DNA of 64,000 nt from Octopus sinensis (taxonomy: Eukaryota): assembly GCF_006345805.1 (NCBI RefSeq), contig NC_043004.1, positions 20,274,001-20,338,000 on the forward strand, given 5' to 3'. The first letter of the stretch is position 1. Each line of letters begins with the position of its first letter. Shown here in pieces: positions 40,004-52,369 of the stretch. A model generated the notes under the pieces. That model was not told where the DNA came from. It saw only the letters and a program-made list of their open reading frames with translations, and made no database searches. Made by a program: the position numbers and the translations under genes.

Positions 40004-40088
40004 AAACGCATATGTATGTATGTATGTACTATGGATGTACGTATGTATGTATGTATGTACGTACATATGTATAATGTATGTATGTATG

Positions 40089-40122
<34 letters not shown>

Positions 40123-42029
40123 TGTATGTATGTGTGTTTGAATAGACACAACAGAGAAACAAATGAAGCATAAGAGTAAGTTCTGAATTAAGCAACTTTA
40201 TTGTCTAAATCAAAACCAATTAAATTCTTCATTATTCGCAATTAGAGTCAGATAGCAGATGTAAGTGGAAAAGAAGCTTTAATGCCCTTCGTAGTATGTA
40301 GCGAGAATTATATTCTGCTCCCTCAATATCATTAAGATGTTGCGAAAAATTATCTTTTTCTATTCAATAATTGCACAGCTAGTGGCTACATATCTACAAG
40401 CAATTGTTTTTCTTTAAATCTTTTCTACTTTTTTAGGACTATCTTTTTGAAACCATCTAACCATGTTGATATTCAACAAAATACTGCTTGAAAAATCGCC
40501 TGAAAATAACTCTTCATAAATTACGAAATCTCGGCGTCCTCTTTAGTTTTTTGTTGACCACAATGTTTTTTTCTTGCGTAAAATATTCTTTTAATGTTTT
40601 TTTTTTTATTCGGTCTAAATAATGTCAAATGATTCTTATGTTACATTTCGCTTCGGATTCATTTTCAAAAACCTCTAAACCCGCCAAATGCCCATTACTG
40701 AATATCCAGTAGAATCACCATGCACAACTAAGGAACATCATGCCTACACTACTTGAGAAGTATAGATAAAGATTGACCAATAATGATGAAAGAAAAAATT
40801 GAGCTCGACGAGATTTGAATTCTTAACAAAATATAAAAGTCTTCAACTAATGGCTGCAAGACGTTTCATTCAACATTCATACGATTCGACCAATCCACCA
40901 CCATCACAAATATTTAGCTCTGATCATACTATTCAACTGACCTCCGTTGAAACCTCTGCTTTATTCATCTAAGATGCTTTATAGAATACGTTACCAATAA
41001 TCTGAATAATTTATATATGATCGAGATCTGACCTGCTTCACAATTATCTCTGATTCTGCTATGCAAAAGGTTCTTCTAACAGTTAATATTCCTGGATTAA
41101 GTTTTGTCTTGTTTAGAATCAGCAAGTGTAATGGCTATGCTTTCTAATTAGCTGCTGGATTCTGGACTTTTATGCTGCAATAATATCCCCCGTTGTCTTA
41201 GTAAACACGCAGATACATATACATGAATATACGCATGCTTTTAATTAAATATAAAAGTCACATAAATACTGTTGTTTATTTATTGCTGTTTCTCTGATTA
41301 CTTCAAGTTGTATGCGTGGGCTTTACGTACTGTTGTGTGTTTCTATGGCTACATCAAAATTTAGCAGCAATAATGATCTATCAATAAATAGGTCTGTCTC
41401 CGAGTATTATTCTTATCTTTCAAGAAGCAATTTGAAACCTTACACCAAGATGTACAATGTACAAATTTCCATATGTTTATCTGTGTATGTACGTGTCTTT
41501 CTTTTTTGTAATGTGATTGTATTTCGTTTAGGTTCTTAGTGTTTGTTTCACCTTGCCTTCAGCACTTAATTATGAAATAGAAACTGTTGAACTAATGCAA
41601 GAAATCTATAAATATTAAATGAATATTTTTTTTTAAATGTTGAAGTGTTTTCATCAAGTGATACGTTCTTAATTATCTAGTTGTACATACACATACACGT
41701 ACCAGTACACTTACAGATGGAAACGTACTCACACATTCACGCTCCTCACCCTCACACGCGCACAGTGTCATTCTTCTATACACACTGCGAATGTTATTAA
41801 ATGGTAGTGTGTATTTGGTTTAAATCTTCATTGCAGGGATCTAATGAAATCTTACCTTAAGCGTACACTTTGCTACTTTGTCTCAGATTATTACACAGCA
41901 TTACACTATCTCTCAAACTACTTACCTTGATTCCGAGGTCTGAATACAAATCAACTCATGACTAAATTTTATTTCGAGGCAATACACTACTTTCAAATTT
42001 TAGCACAAAGCCATCAACTTTGGGAGACG

Positions 42030-42166
42030 GGGGCTTATTTTATCGACCCTGAAAGGATGAAAGGCAAAGTCGATCTCGGTGGAATTTGGACATAGAATGT
42101 AAAGACGGATTAAATGCTGCTAAGCATTTTGCCCGGTGTGCTAACGATTCTGCCGGCTCACCACCT
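42030..42166 (-). mobile_element. SINE family B, diverged partial copy
   Basis: TTATCGACCCTGAAAGGATGAAAGGCAAAGTCGATCTCGGTGGAATTTG..GATTCTGCCGGCTCACC is the reverse complement of the family B 5' two-thirds. Confidence 0.75.
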
Positions 42167-42455
42167 TTTTTCGAAGCGATAAATTACATACCATTCTAGT
42201 AGTGGGATCGATTCTTCTACGTCTTCCTCCTTCCATTTATCACTCATTTCACTCACACAACCACTCTCTTTATATGTATATATATGTATGTCTGCGGCCA
42301 TTGGAGTCTGACGAGTTGACTATAAAGCTAATCGCGTTATGAATGCGGAATCAATGGTCGAGCTATAACCGGCCATATTATTAATTTTGTTAATACATTA
42401 CTGCGCTAACGTTCAGACTGTGCTTATTTTCAGATTTATAATCCACTGACGTCCC

Positions 42456-42493
<38 letters not shown>

Positions 42494-42574
42494 TATATAT
42501 ATATGTGTGCGTGTATACATATATACATACATAGAGAGAGAGAGAGGGGGGTGAAGCGAGAGTGGATTTCGTAG

Positions 42575-42830
42575 ACGGAGACTGAAAGAAACCCATCGTA
42601 TCGCGTGTGTGTATGCATATGTGTGTGTGTCTGTTCCGCACCCCAGCTTGACAACCGGTGTTGGTGTATTTATGTCCCCGTAACTTACCATTTCAGCAAA
42701 AGAGATCGATAGTATAAGTCCCTAGCTTAAAAATATAAGTACTGGGATCAATTCAATCGACTAAAATTCTTCAAGGCTGCACCCAAGAATGGCCGTAGTC
42801 TAATGGCTGAAACAAGTGAAACATAAAGAA
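42575..42830 (+). mobile_element. SINE family C, 3' part
   Basis: GTAGACGGAGACTGAAAGAAACCCATCG..CTTGACAACCGGTGTTGGTG..GGCTGAAACAAGTGAAAC. Confidence 0.75.
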
Positions 42831-43149
42831 TATCTTTTTCCCCTACATTAATCCTGAGAAATGTTCTGTTGACAGGAGCATTAAATGCTTCATTTTTTAA
42901 TCTCAAAGAGGAGCATTAAAAACAAGTTTTGCCTGGGGAATAACATCGATTTTGCAGAATCGTTAAAGGGGCGAACAGTGCATTACATTATTAGTTACAG
43001 TCCTTTCCGGTCTGTGATGGAATTTCGCTCAAATTCTATTTTGCCCTTCCGCCTTCTGTAGTGAAAACAAATACAAAAAAAAATACCCTGTCAATGTAAT
43101 CTAACGTCTCTTCCTCTAAAAATTCTGGTTTTGTTATATAAGGTATCAA

Positions 43150-43508
43150 TAATTAATCAACCAAGTTGACATCCTTTATCTTTTTACTTGTTTCATTTTC
43201 TGGTCTTCAGTTTTAACGCTACTGGTCTCTTTTTACTGAACTTTCAAGCTACAGCGGCGTAAACAAACCAACAATGGTTGTTAAACGGTAGGGATACAAA
43301 CGAAAACAACTCACATACATATATACATACACAGAGACAAACATCACATATACGAGGGGCTTCCTTCAGTTTCCGTCAACTAATCTCCTTCACAAGGCTT
43401 TGGTCAACCCGTGACTATAGTAGAAGACACTTGCCCAAAGTGCCACGCAAAGGGATTGAACCCAAGACCACATAGTTGGGAAGCAAGCTTATCAAATGGC
43501 TACGCCCA
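43150..43508 (-). mobile_element. SINE family C copy
   Basis: Minus strand GGGCGTAGCC..AAGCTTGCTTCCCAAC..GGGTTCAATCCC..CACTTTGGGCAAGTGTCTTCTACTATAG..GGAAACTGAAGGAAGCCCC. Confidence 0.75.
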
Positions 43509-44574
43509 CACGTAAATGGCAAATATTCGGTAAAAAAAATATGTATATATTCGCAGTGATTTAACTCAAAACGTTTTTTTAGATGTTACTGAATTTGTTT
43601 TTTTTTTCTTTTTTTTTTCTTTTTCAGTGCTAAAGCAGAGAGGGGGGCCTTCCCCCATGAACCGTTAATATTTCAGCTCTCTAAACTAGTGGAAAGAAAG
43701 GGGGGGATTTATCTCCAAACCAGATAACTATTCAAATACCTTCGAGGAAGAGGACTCTGCTTAAGACACCCAAGGGTGTTGATATTAAAGTTAATGACAA
43801 ACTAAGTTATGTTAAAGATGTGTTTAATACTGCTAAGTTTGAAGTGTACAGTTTCTATTGGCAGAATGACAATTCCGGGCCATTCATAGTTTATTTTATC
43901 GAGACCAGAAAACTAAAAGGCAAATGTGACACCGGTGGATTTGAATACAGAGCGTAAAACCAGAACAAATACTGCAATGCATTTTGTCCTGTCACCTAGC
44001 AATTCTGCCAATCAGCTTCTATATCTAGCGAGAAGATATCGAACCTGTAACTGCGACTAAATAACACCACTAAATAACCCACTAAATATCGTGTTATATA
44101 TAATCATAGTTGTGGGAAGACAATTTTGATGTAAAACTACGGCCTAGCTATGAGATGCCATTGCATCAAAGTTTTGTCCAGGCATCCCTATTACACTTAT
44201 TCTAAGAGGCCTTAAAGATCTGTGGCATGTGCTGCTTTTCTTTTACTTCTTTAATGATTATAACTAGCTGGATCTGTGAATATTTCACGAAATTGGAAAT
44301 TTTATCCTCCCCCCCCCCAAAAAAAAAATGAAGGCGTAGCGTGTTGTGTCTGTATGGAAAGATAGTTTCTCATCTGCTACACATTGAAAAGTGAAAGAAA
44401 ATGGAATACTTGCCATGATTACTTAATGCACTTTATATATACACTTTACATACTTTAAGCAGAATTTTATAGACTTAAAACACAACACTCACAAAATATA
44501 CACTTTTATTTTCCCATTTTCCTCATAAACAAAAAAAAAGTGTCCAGTATAAATGATACGACCTTTAGTTAAAT

Positions 44575-44798
44575 TGCATGGTTCTAGGTTCAGTCCCACT
44601 GCGTGGCACCTTGGGCAAGTGTCTTCTGCTATAGCGTCGGGCCGACCAAAGCCTTGTGGGTGGATTTGGTAGACGAGCCCGTCGTATATATATTTATATA
44701 TATTTTATAATTATAATAAGGGCTTTTTGCAACAAGTTGCTTAAACCACATACCGAAAATAAATTAAATTAATTATATTTCACCCTTTATCTGTATTG

Positions 44799-44838
<40 letters not shown>

Positions 44839-45040
44839 CATGTATGTATGTGTGTGCCCCCCCAACCTCGCTTGGCAACCAATGCTAGTGTGTTTATGTC
44901 CCCATAATTTAGCGGTTCGGCAAAAGAGACCGATAGAATAAGTACTAAGCTTACAAAGAATAAGTCCTGGGGTCCATTTGCTCAACTAAAGGCAGTGCTC
45001 CAGCATGGCCACAGTCAAATGACTGAAACAAGTAAAGAGA
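44575..45040 (+). mobile_element. SINE family C with a ~110-bp unrelated insert in its internal microsatellite
   Basis: B box GGTTCAGTCCC, CORE-like CACCTTGGGCAAGTG, an AT-rich insert at ~44695-44805, then (TG)n and the family 3' block. Confidence 0.8.
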
Positions 45041-45228
45041 GAGTAATAGTATATCTGCCATGTAAATAAGCGTGAATATTTCACAGAATTACACTTATGC
45101 GCATGCGTTAAGTGACAAGTGATATAAAGCTTAGTTCAATTTAAAAAATACATTTTCACTATCCAATCACCACCACCACCATCATCATCTCTTCTTCCTC
45201 TTTCTCTCTCCTCTCCCTCCCTCCCTCT

Positions 45229-45260
<32 letters not shown>

Positions 45261-45339
45261 ACTCTGTCTTTCTTTAACCTAACCATCAGAACATCAACCC
45301 TCTGCTAAAATTATATTTTTAACTTTCCTTCTCTATCTT

Positions 45340-45640
45340 CAACTAGCTTTTTAAACCACGTAATAGATATTAAGTTACCCCTTCCTCATGTCATGAACGC
45401 TTCTCTCTCCCTCTTTCTGTCTCACTCTTCACCTTATCCTCATTATCTCTCTCCTTTTTCCTTCTTCTCTCTTTCTCTTCAACTAATCACGTAATAGCGT
45501 TACAATTACATTCTCTCTGCCTCACATCATGGGCACTTCTCTCTCTTTTTCTCCTTCCTTCTTTTTATATCTCCATTACTTTCTGTCATTTTCCCTAATC
45601 ACGTGAAAGCGTTACCGCCGGGCGAAGTAACGCAAAGGCA
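45340..45640. mobile_element. Non-autonomous repeat with internal subrepeats, related to pieces at 58590-58840 and 60360-60900 (probably Helitron-derived)
   Basis: Recurring (A)ATCACGTAATAGCGTTAC-like motif separated by CT-rich spacers; reverse-complement copies near 58610, 58720 and 60470. Confidence 0.4.
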
Positions 45641-47302
45641 ACCAGAATTATCGTAGGATAATTACTTTCAGGAGGAACCGTAGCAGCAGAAAGTTATTAA
45701 AATCTAGTTGTTCTTTATTTTTAGTATTTTTGTGCGTAGTACTTATATAACATTGTACTGCAGTGAAATGATTGAGATGAATATTCAAATTTTCCCATAC
45801 AGTGATTTAGTATTGTATTACATGGGAATATATTGATGTTTGGAGATGATAATTAAAAAGCCTAGCAATGTAAATAAATTTTGACAGCCATCTTGGTAAG
45901 TTATAATTTCCTTGCGGTTAAAGATGCTTTTAATGCTGCTAAATTTGGAATATATTGTTGGCAGAATTGAAAACGCAGTCAACAAAATTTACTCTATCAC
46001 GCAGAACATATAACTTTACGCTTGGGTCCATAAGTCATCAATATTTTAATATTTAAATGAATTCTTCAAAACGAACACTTATTAGTAATTCTATATAATT
46101 GCTAGCTGTTATTCGAAGTATTTGTGCTGTGTAAGAGTTCCTACATTCTTCAATATCCTCTAATATAGAATCATGTGAGAGTCGTGATGTTTGTAACAAT
46201 TTCTGCTTTAAATCTGATTTCCTAAGTATTGATGGTAATATATGACTAGAACAAAATGGCTGAATGGACGCCATTTTAAAGAACTTCAGTTCAATTTTAT
46301 TGAAGGTATTTATTTGGTTCAACAAATTTCTGATGGCGACAATAACAAGAAAGTATCTGACTCGCTACAGAACAAACATCGCAAAGAAAGTCGACGGCAG
46401 TGCACTTTTCATTTTTTTATTTTTGTATTTTCCCCTGTGTTTACATCGTCTTTTGCACACAGAAAAAAAATACATGCCCATATTTGTATATTTGTGTATG
46501 ATGTCCGTTGTGGAATGGCGCCTATTTAATCTGTGCTGGATGCCTGTGATCACTCAATCTGTCAGCTTATGCTTTGTGATATTATAGATTCATTGATTGG
46601 TGTCGGTTCGACTTATGCCAGCAATCCAAAATTAAAGTAAAAAGTCGTTGCCTATGTACCGCGTAGAGGCATCGACCATAGACGCCAATACCTGCGTCTA
46701 TTTCAATGTGTCTGTTTTCATTTTAGTAAGATTGACTGCTTTGTGAAATAATTCTACATATTTCCATGTATCAGTTTTTCTCCTGTCAGTTTTCTCCTGT
46801 CATTCAACAATAGAAAGAAATTACATTACGCAGTTATCTTTAATAATTTATATGTTGATGGTTCGTTATTTTCTCTTAGGTGCGTCGTTTAGCGTTCTAT
46901 CTACTTACAGGTTCTTCAGCATCTAAGTCGACTCAGAACAATCTTGTTTAAGACTTCCTCCTTTCACTGCTAACTCAGCAATCTGTCAGTATTGCACTAG
47001 ATTCCTTTCTTTTTAAATATACAACGAACTCTATATTTTCATGTCGATTTTGTCATTACTTCTTAAAGACACGTGTTGATCTCTATGATACTCAATCATC
47101 ACTACAAATCAATCGCAAACAATTTATTTCTCAGTCTACTGTCTAATAAACTATGCGATGACTCATTATAGGCTAAAATAGTAGGGGGCCTGATGAAACG
47201 AATTGGGAAGCCTTTGGTAACGAATTATGTTTGTATATTTCTGGTTCTCGTGTTCTGTTCTGTTACATGTAAGTACATAAGTGTGTATGTGTGGAAATAT
47301 AT

Positions 47303-47413
<111 letters not shown>

Positions 47414-47494
47414 ATATAGATGTATGTGTATGCATGTGTATGTGTGTATACGTGTGCATGTGTTCGTGTATACGTGAGTATGTATGTACGCATG

Positions 47495-47660
47495 TATATA
47501 TATATTCTTTGTTTCAGTCATTTGACTACGACCATGCTGGGGCACCGCCTATAGTCGAACAAATCGACACCAGGGTTTACGCTTTGTAAGCCTAGTACTT
47601 ATTCTATCGGGCTCTTTTGACAGACCACTAGGTTACGGGGACGTAAACACACCTACATGG
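47495..47660 (-). mobile_element. SINE family C, 3' part
   Basis: Reverse complement of the family C 3' block (GTTTCAGTCATTTGACT..CCATGCTGG..GTACTTATTCTATCG..GGGGACGTAAACAC). Confidence 0.75.
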
Positions 47661-47663
47661 GTT

Positions 47664-47733
47664 GCCAGATAACCGAAGAGATGGTGTTGTGGATTTCCAC
47701 CTCATCATCCGAAACTCAGAGTTATATCTTGGC
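47664..47733 (+). ncRNA. Degenerate hammerhead-like motif
   Basis: gccagataa-CCGAAGA-gatg..catcc-GAAA-ctcagag-TT-atatcttggc. The stems can form but each has a mismatch or extra base next to the core. Confidence 0.3.
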
Positions 47734-47816
47734 TATTGAATTATTGTCATATTTTATTTTACAGATAAATTTCCTCTATTTACATAATATTGAGGTATCT
47801 TTCTTTCTTTTGTTAT

Positions 47817-47859
<43 letters not shown>

Positions 47860-48065
47860 ATTATATATATATATATTATATATATATATTATATATATAT
47901 ATATGTATATTATATATATACATATATATATTATATATATACATATATATACATACACACATATATATATATATAATATATATATAGATATATATATATA
48001 CATATAAATATATATATACACATATATATACATATATACACATATATATACATATATATATATCC

Positions 48066-48104
<39 letters not shown>

Positions 48105-48948
48105 TTATATATATATATATATAATATATATATATATTTAGTGTGTATTTTAGCACTAATAGATGAGCTAATTAATTAATTAATATTTTGAAGTTTAAAA
48201 TAAGGGTTATATTTTACATCTAGCCTGGGTGCATCAGACATATAATGGAAAACATTGCAGGAAGATGTGATTAGAGGGGAATTTGGTGGCTATTTCTAGC
48301 AGCTTGAATGACCACTAAATTCTCTCATTGTGTAATTTACTAAGTAGAGTAAATCAGCTGCTGTGATTCCTTCCTGTTCCATCATATTTATAGTAAACAG
48401 GGGTAAGCTTTACTGCCTTATAATACCTAAAATCTGAACTATTTTAGATTTAAGTGTCTTAGCTACGAGCAACATACTATTCCACTGATTGGCATAGCAT
48501 GAAGCCATCAGTTGACAATCCAATATATTACTGATCTGTAAGTAATGATGATAGATCATATATTTGAAAATGGAACGATAGATCTTTTTTAAGTTTATAA
48601 TTTCTGAAATAATTATCATCTTCATTTACCACCATCCATTTTCTATTTATTTTCTGTTCATGCCATCAGATTTTTATGTTTTCTCCATTGGTGGTTACGG
48701 TGTGTGTAAGTAATATTTACCTAAGAATTTCTATAGCAAGTGATTGAAATGGAAAAACAAAAAAAAAACACCAAATAAAGCTGTCGTCTTTCTTGCTGAT
48801 TATCACTGAAAATGTAAAATAGCAATGATACATATTTTTAGTGAAATTGATTGAAGCAATCAAGCCACAAAACCTTTTGGTCGTACAAACAACATGTGTA
48901 TTTGTAAATTTAGACTCTCGGTAATGCAGCAACAATAGTGATACTGTT

Positions 48949-49015
<67 letters not shown>

Positions 49016-50642
49016 ATACAATAATTTTGCTTGCTGTCGCAGGAAATTAAAACATTTCCACACTACATATTCTCTTGATTAATTCTTTTTCTTTTATTTT
49101 CCAATTCTCTGCATTTTGATAAAATACTTTTACACTTCAAATTTATAGTTTTCTAAAAGTTAATCGATCGGAAACTGATTGAGAAATTATCATCATTCAG
49201 CTATTAAAACAAAGTTTCAAACATTACCACTAGTAATTACAGCGCCCAAAATCAATCGTGGTCGTTGATAAGTCTTGATCACTGGTGTGATGGTCAAAAA
49301 GAACTGAAACACAAATTGCAAAATATTTTTGTATTATCTTTTCTTTAGTGGTCTATAACCCTTAACCTTCTCTGTGTGATTTATTTTATACTTTCTTTGA
49401 ATCTCGTCTTTAAGTCTTCCAAAACCATTTTCGTTCAAACAACTGTCCTTCAATAATGTCACTTAATGTCAACGTGATTTAGAAACTAATACATCATATA
49501 GACAGAAGTTAGTACAATTTTCTAAAGTAGTGCGAGGAAACAAAACCTCACCTGGATCGAAATTATTGCAATTAAAATTTTCCACCAATGTCTACTACTT
49601 ATAATCTACCATTGAAATGGGGTGTAAATCGAAGTAACTGTGCCTTTAAGCAGAACATTTACCATGAATTTGTAACAAATTATCCGAGTCACTCAAACAG
49701 TTCGTCGGCATATAGACAAGTAGAGGGTTAGAGTATTGATCAGGTAGAATAACGTAAACAGCATTAAAATATTTTGACTAAATAGTCTTATACATTGAAT
49801 ATAACGATTGTATGAATCAGTAATTCTCTATAGCCGTTAATGGATTTTAGCCTATGCTCTACGTCAGACATTGAAAGAAAATCAAAATTTGACCGTATAC
49901 CATTTATTCCATTCATAAGGTGATTATTAATGTAACAATAGTTGAATTACAGTTAAGAGAAATTGAAATATGTATTATAGACTCCTTTGACTAGATGTTG
50001 AAATATAAAATATACAGAGAAAAACTATTCTATTATGTATATAACAAAAAATATTGTAAAAAAGACAAAAATTATTAAATTAGTTGTAAATTCAATAATT
50101 TAACAATATCATGTTTTAAAATTATCTAATTCACTTATGTTTTGAAATCAGAGTTAAGATATTGACTTTATTAATTAACGAATTGATATGGCTTTCAGCA
50201 AGTCATTGTCCTTCTGGTCAGTAAAAAAAAAATAATTATTGTTGTTGTTATTGTTTTGGTATTGGTAAGACGCTCTTCAAATGGCTCATATATGTTTGTT
50301 TAGAATTGTTTTAAAAGTCTACGTTAAAGAGCTTTTTCTTTGTGTTGTTGCCAAACTGTCCAAGCATTAACTGAACAGTTCAGTTGTGTTTTCACCCATC
50401 GGTATGGAATTTGTTTATTTTATTCTAGAACTTCTCCATCTTTCACAAGAAAGCCCGATGCATGGTGTCAGATTTTAAAACAGAATATCGGAGGGAAGTA
50501 ATCAGCAAATAGAAAAGTACTTTTCACTCTCCCTTTTGTTGTCTTAAAATCTCCGGGAACCCATAATTGTTATGTCCTGCATTTTGACGGCGTATTTCGT
50601 CGTTTCTGCAGGACTGGCCCGAACTGTGTACCTCGCTGACTG

Positions 50643-52369
50643 TATTTCTTTATTGGCCACCGGGGCCCTACACAGAAGGGACAAACAAGGATAGACAATA
50701 CAAATACAAAGTGGGGACACAAAACATAAACGAATGAATGGGAATGAATTATATAATAAATGAAGGTGAAATGGCCACGCGAACCACAATCTCGAGTGGT
50801 TACACAACTATTTTTGATTTTATAACATATGTTTTCTTTTTATATAGTATTAAAATTTACTTGCATCTTTTTACCAGTTTATATATGGTATTAATTCTTC
50901 ATACTCTACGACTGGAGGTAGGGTATCATACACCACCTTCAATCCAAACGGGTCATTTTTTGAACCGAACAATTTCCTCAATTTAGCGTGTCTTTCCCTG
51001 TATATCAGTATGCTTTTCGTATTTTCTGTGTATTCTTCTCCCGGCAATTTAACTCTAAACACCGATTTGAACTTGATGATTTCTCGTTCAATTGCCGTGC
51101 TTTTAGAATATGTCATCATGTATACTTTGTTCTTAGAGGGGCTTTGACGGGACTGTGCTTGTGTCTGTTTGTCTACGAGGTGAACTCGGACTATCTGGGG
51201 CGGTTTCCTTTCTTTGTGGTGTTACTGGTGGTGATGTATGCTGTATGGGTGTACTTTGTGTGTTGTATGCTTGTTGTATAATCTCCTGTTTTGCTATTCT
51301 TCCTCTTCTTCATCGTACTTTTAAGGGGTGTATTCACCGTTTCCTTTTTCTTCCTTTTCGATACTTCGGCGAATCCTTCCTCCTCTGTATCTTCCATACA
51401 CTCCTCCTGGGCTCGGCTCGGGCTGCCGTTACGGTACTCCTACTTTGTTCTTCCTGGTTCTCTGTGGTTTCACTGCTTATCCAGGGAACTTTATTTTAAT
51501 GTGCTCTTTTTCTCTACAGTGGTAGCAGGTCTTCCTTCTACCACCACTCTCAGCTTTGCATCTTCAGGTAACAGCACCTCTTCTGCTATTTCATTCAAGT
51601 CTTGCTGAATAACCATTTCCGGGCTGTAATCTCGCCAATTCATTTTCTTCGTTCTTGCAACTTGGATTAACTTTGTGTCCTATTTGGTTCCGTTCATCAC
51701 GGCTGCCACCAACCACGCTTCTTCGATTTCTTGCAACTTTTTTGCCGCAGTAGATCGGCAGGAACACCCATTCTTGTGATCTTAGCAGCACAGTGGTGTG
51801 ATTTATTGCCTCTTCTTCGGTGGTAAACCTCACCTCCACTATGCCATATCTTCTCCCTCTAGTGTAGAATATCGCAGCACTCTTCACTTCTTTCATACAT
51901 TTTCAATGGCTCCCTCTGATGCCATCTCTATTTTCTTATTGGTTATGGACAGCGTTCTGTACACCACTGTCGTCCTTTTCGTTCTGCTGGTTATTTCCTC
52001 TGGAGGGGGTCAACCTTAAACTTGACTCCTCCTTCTAAATCAGTTCGTTGCAACTCTCCAACTTCTTTCTTTCAATTTTCACTTCCCGCACCTCCAGCGC
52101 ATTCGTCGCGGTGCTACGGCTTCTAGCCGCCGAAGCATAGCTCTCGGCATGGGCTCGTTCCGGTTCGCAATTCATTTTCAAAATCTCTTCACTTCTAAAC
52201 AGGGGAAAGAAAACAAACAAATACACAGGCCCGCAGACAAAATAGCAACAGTCTTCAATAATATTCAACAATAGGCACTAACAATCAGATAAACAAGAAT
52301 ACTCGACGGAATCAGAAGTGATTTACCTGAGACTCAGGTGCGCACCGAACGGTGTACCTTCGCTGACTG
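50643..52369 (-). mobile_element. Tx1-like element with 5' UTR, decayed ORF1 and 3' tail but no ORF2
   Basis: ORF1 remnants: MNCEPERAHAESYASAARS..RTTVVYRTLS..GRRYGIVEVRFTTEEEA..WVFLPIYCGKKV..LRVVVEGRP, then a K/E/T-rich region. Followed directly by a UTR ending AATAAAGAAATA. No APE or RT motifs seen. Confidence 0.65.

Noticed and set aside
43605-43780. Strong polypyrimidine tract plus CAG as a candidate upstream exon
   Set aside because: The frames I translated close early or show no receptor-like sequence, and no matching donor was found.
46053-46587. Divergent short ORFs with ATGGCG starts on both strands
   Set aside because: No recognisable domain or splice support. It could be a transposon promoter region but cannot be supported from the sequence alone.
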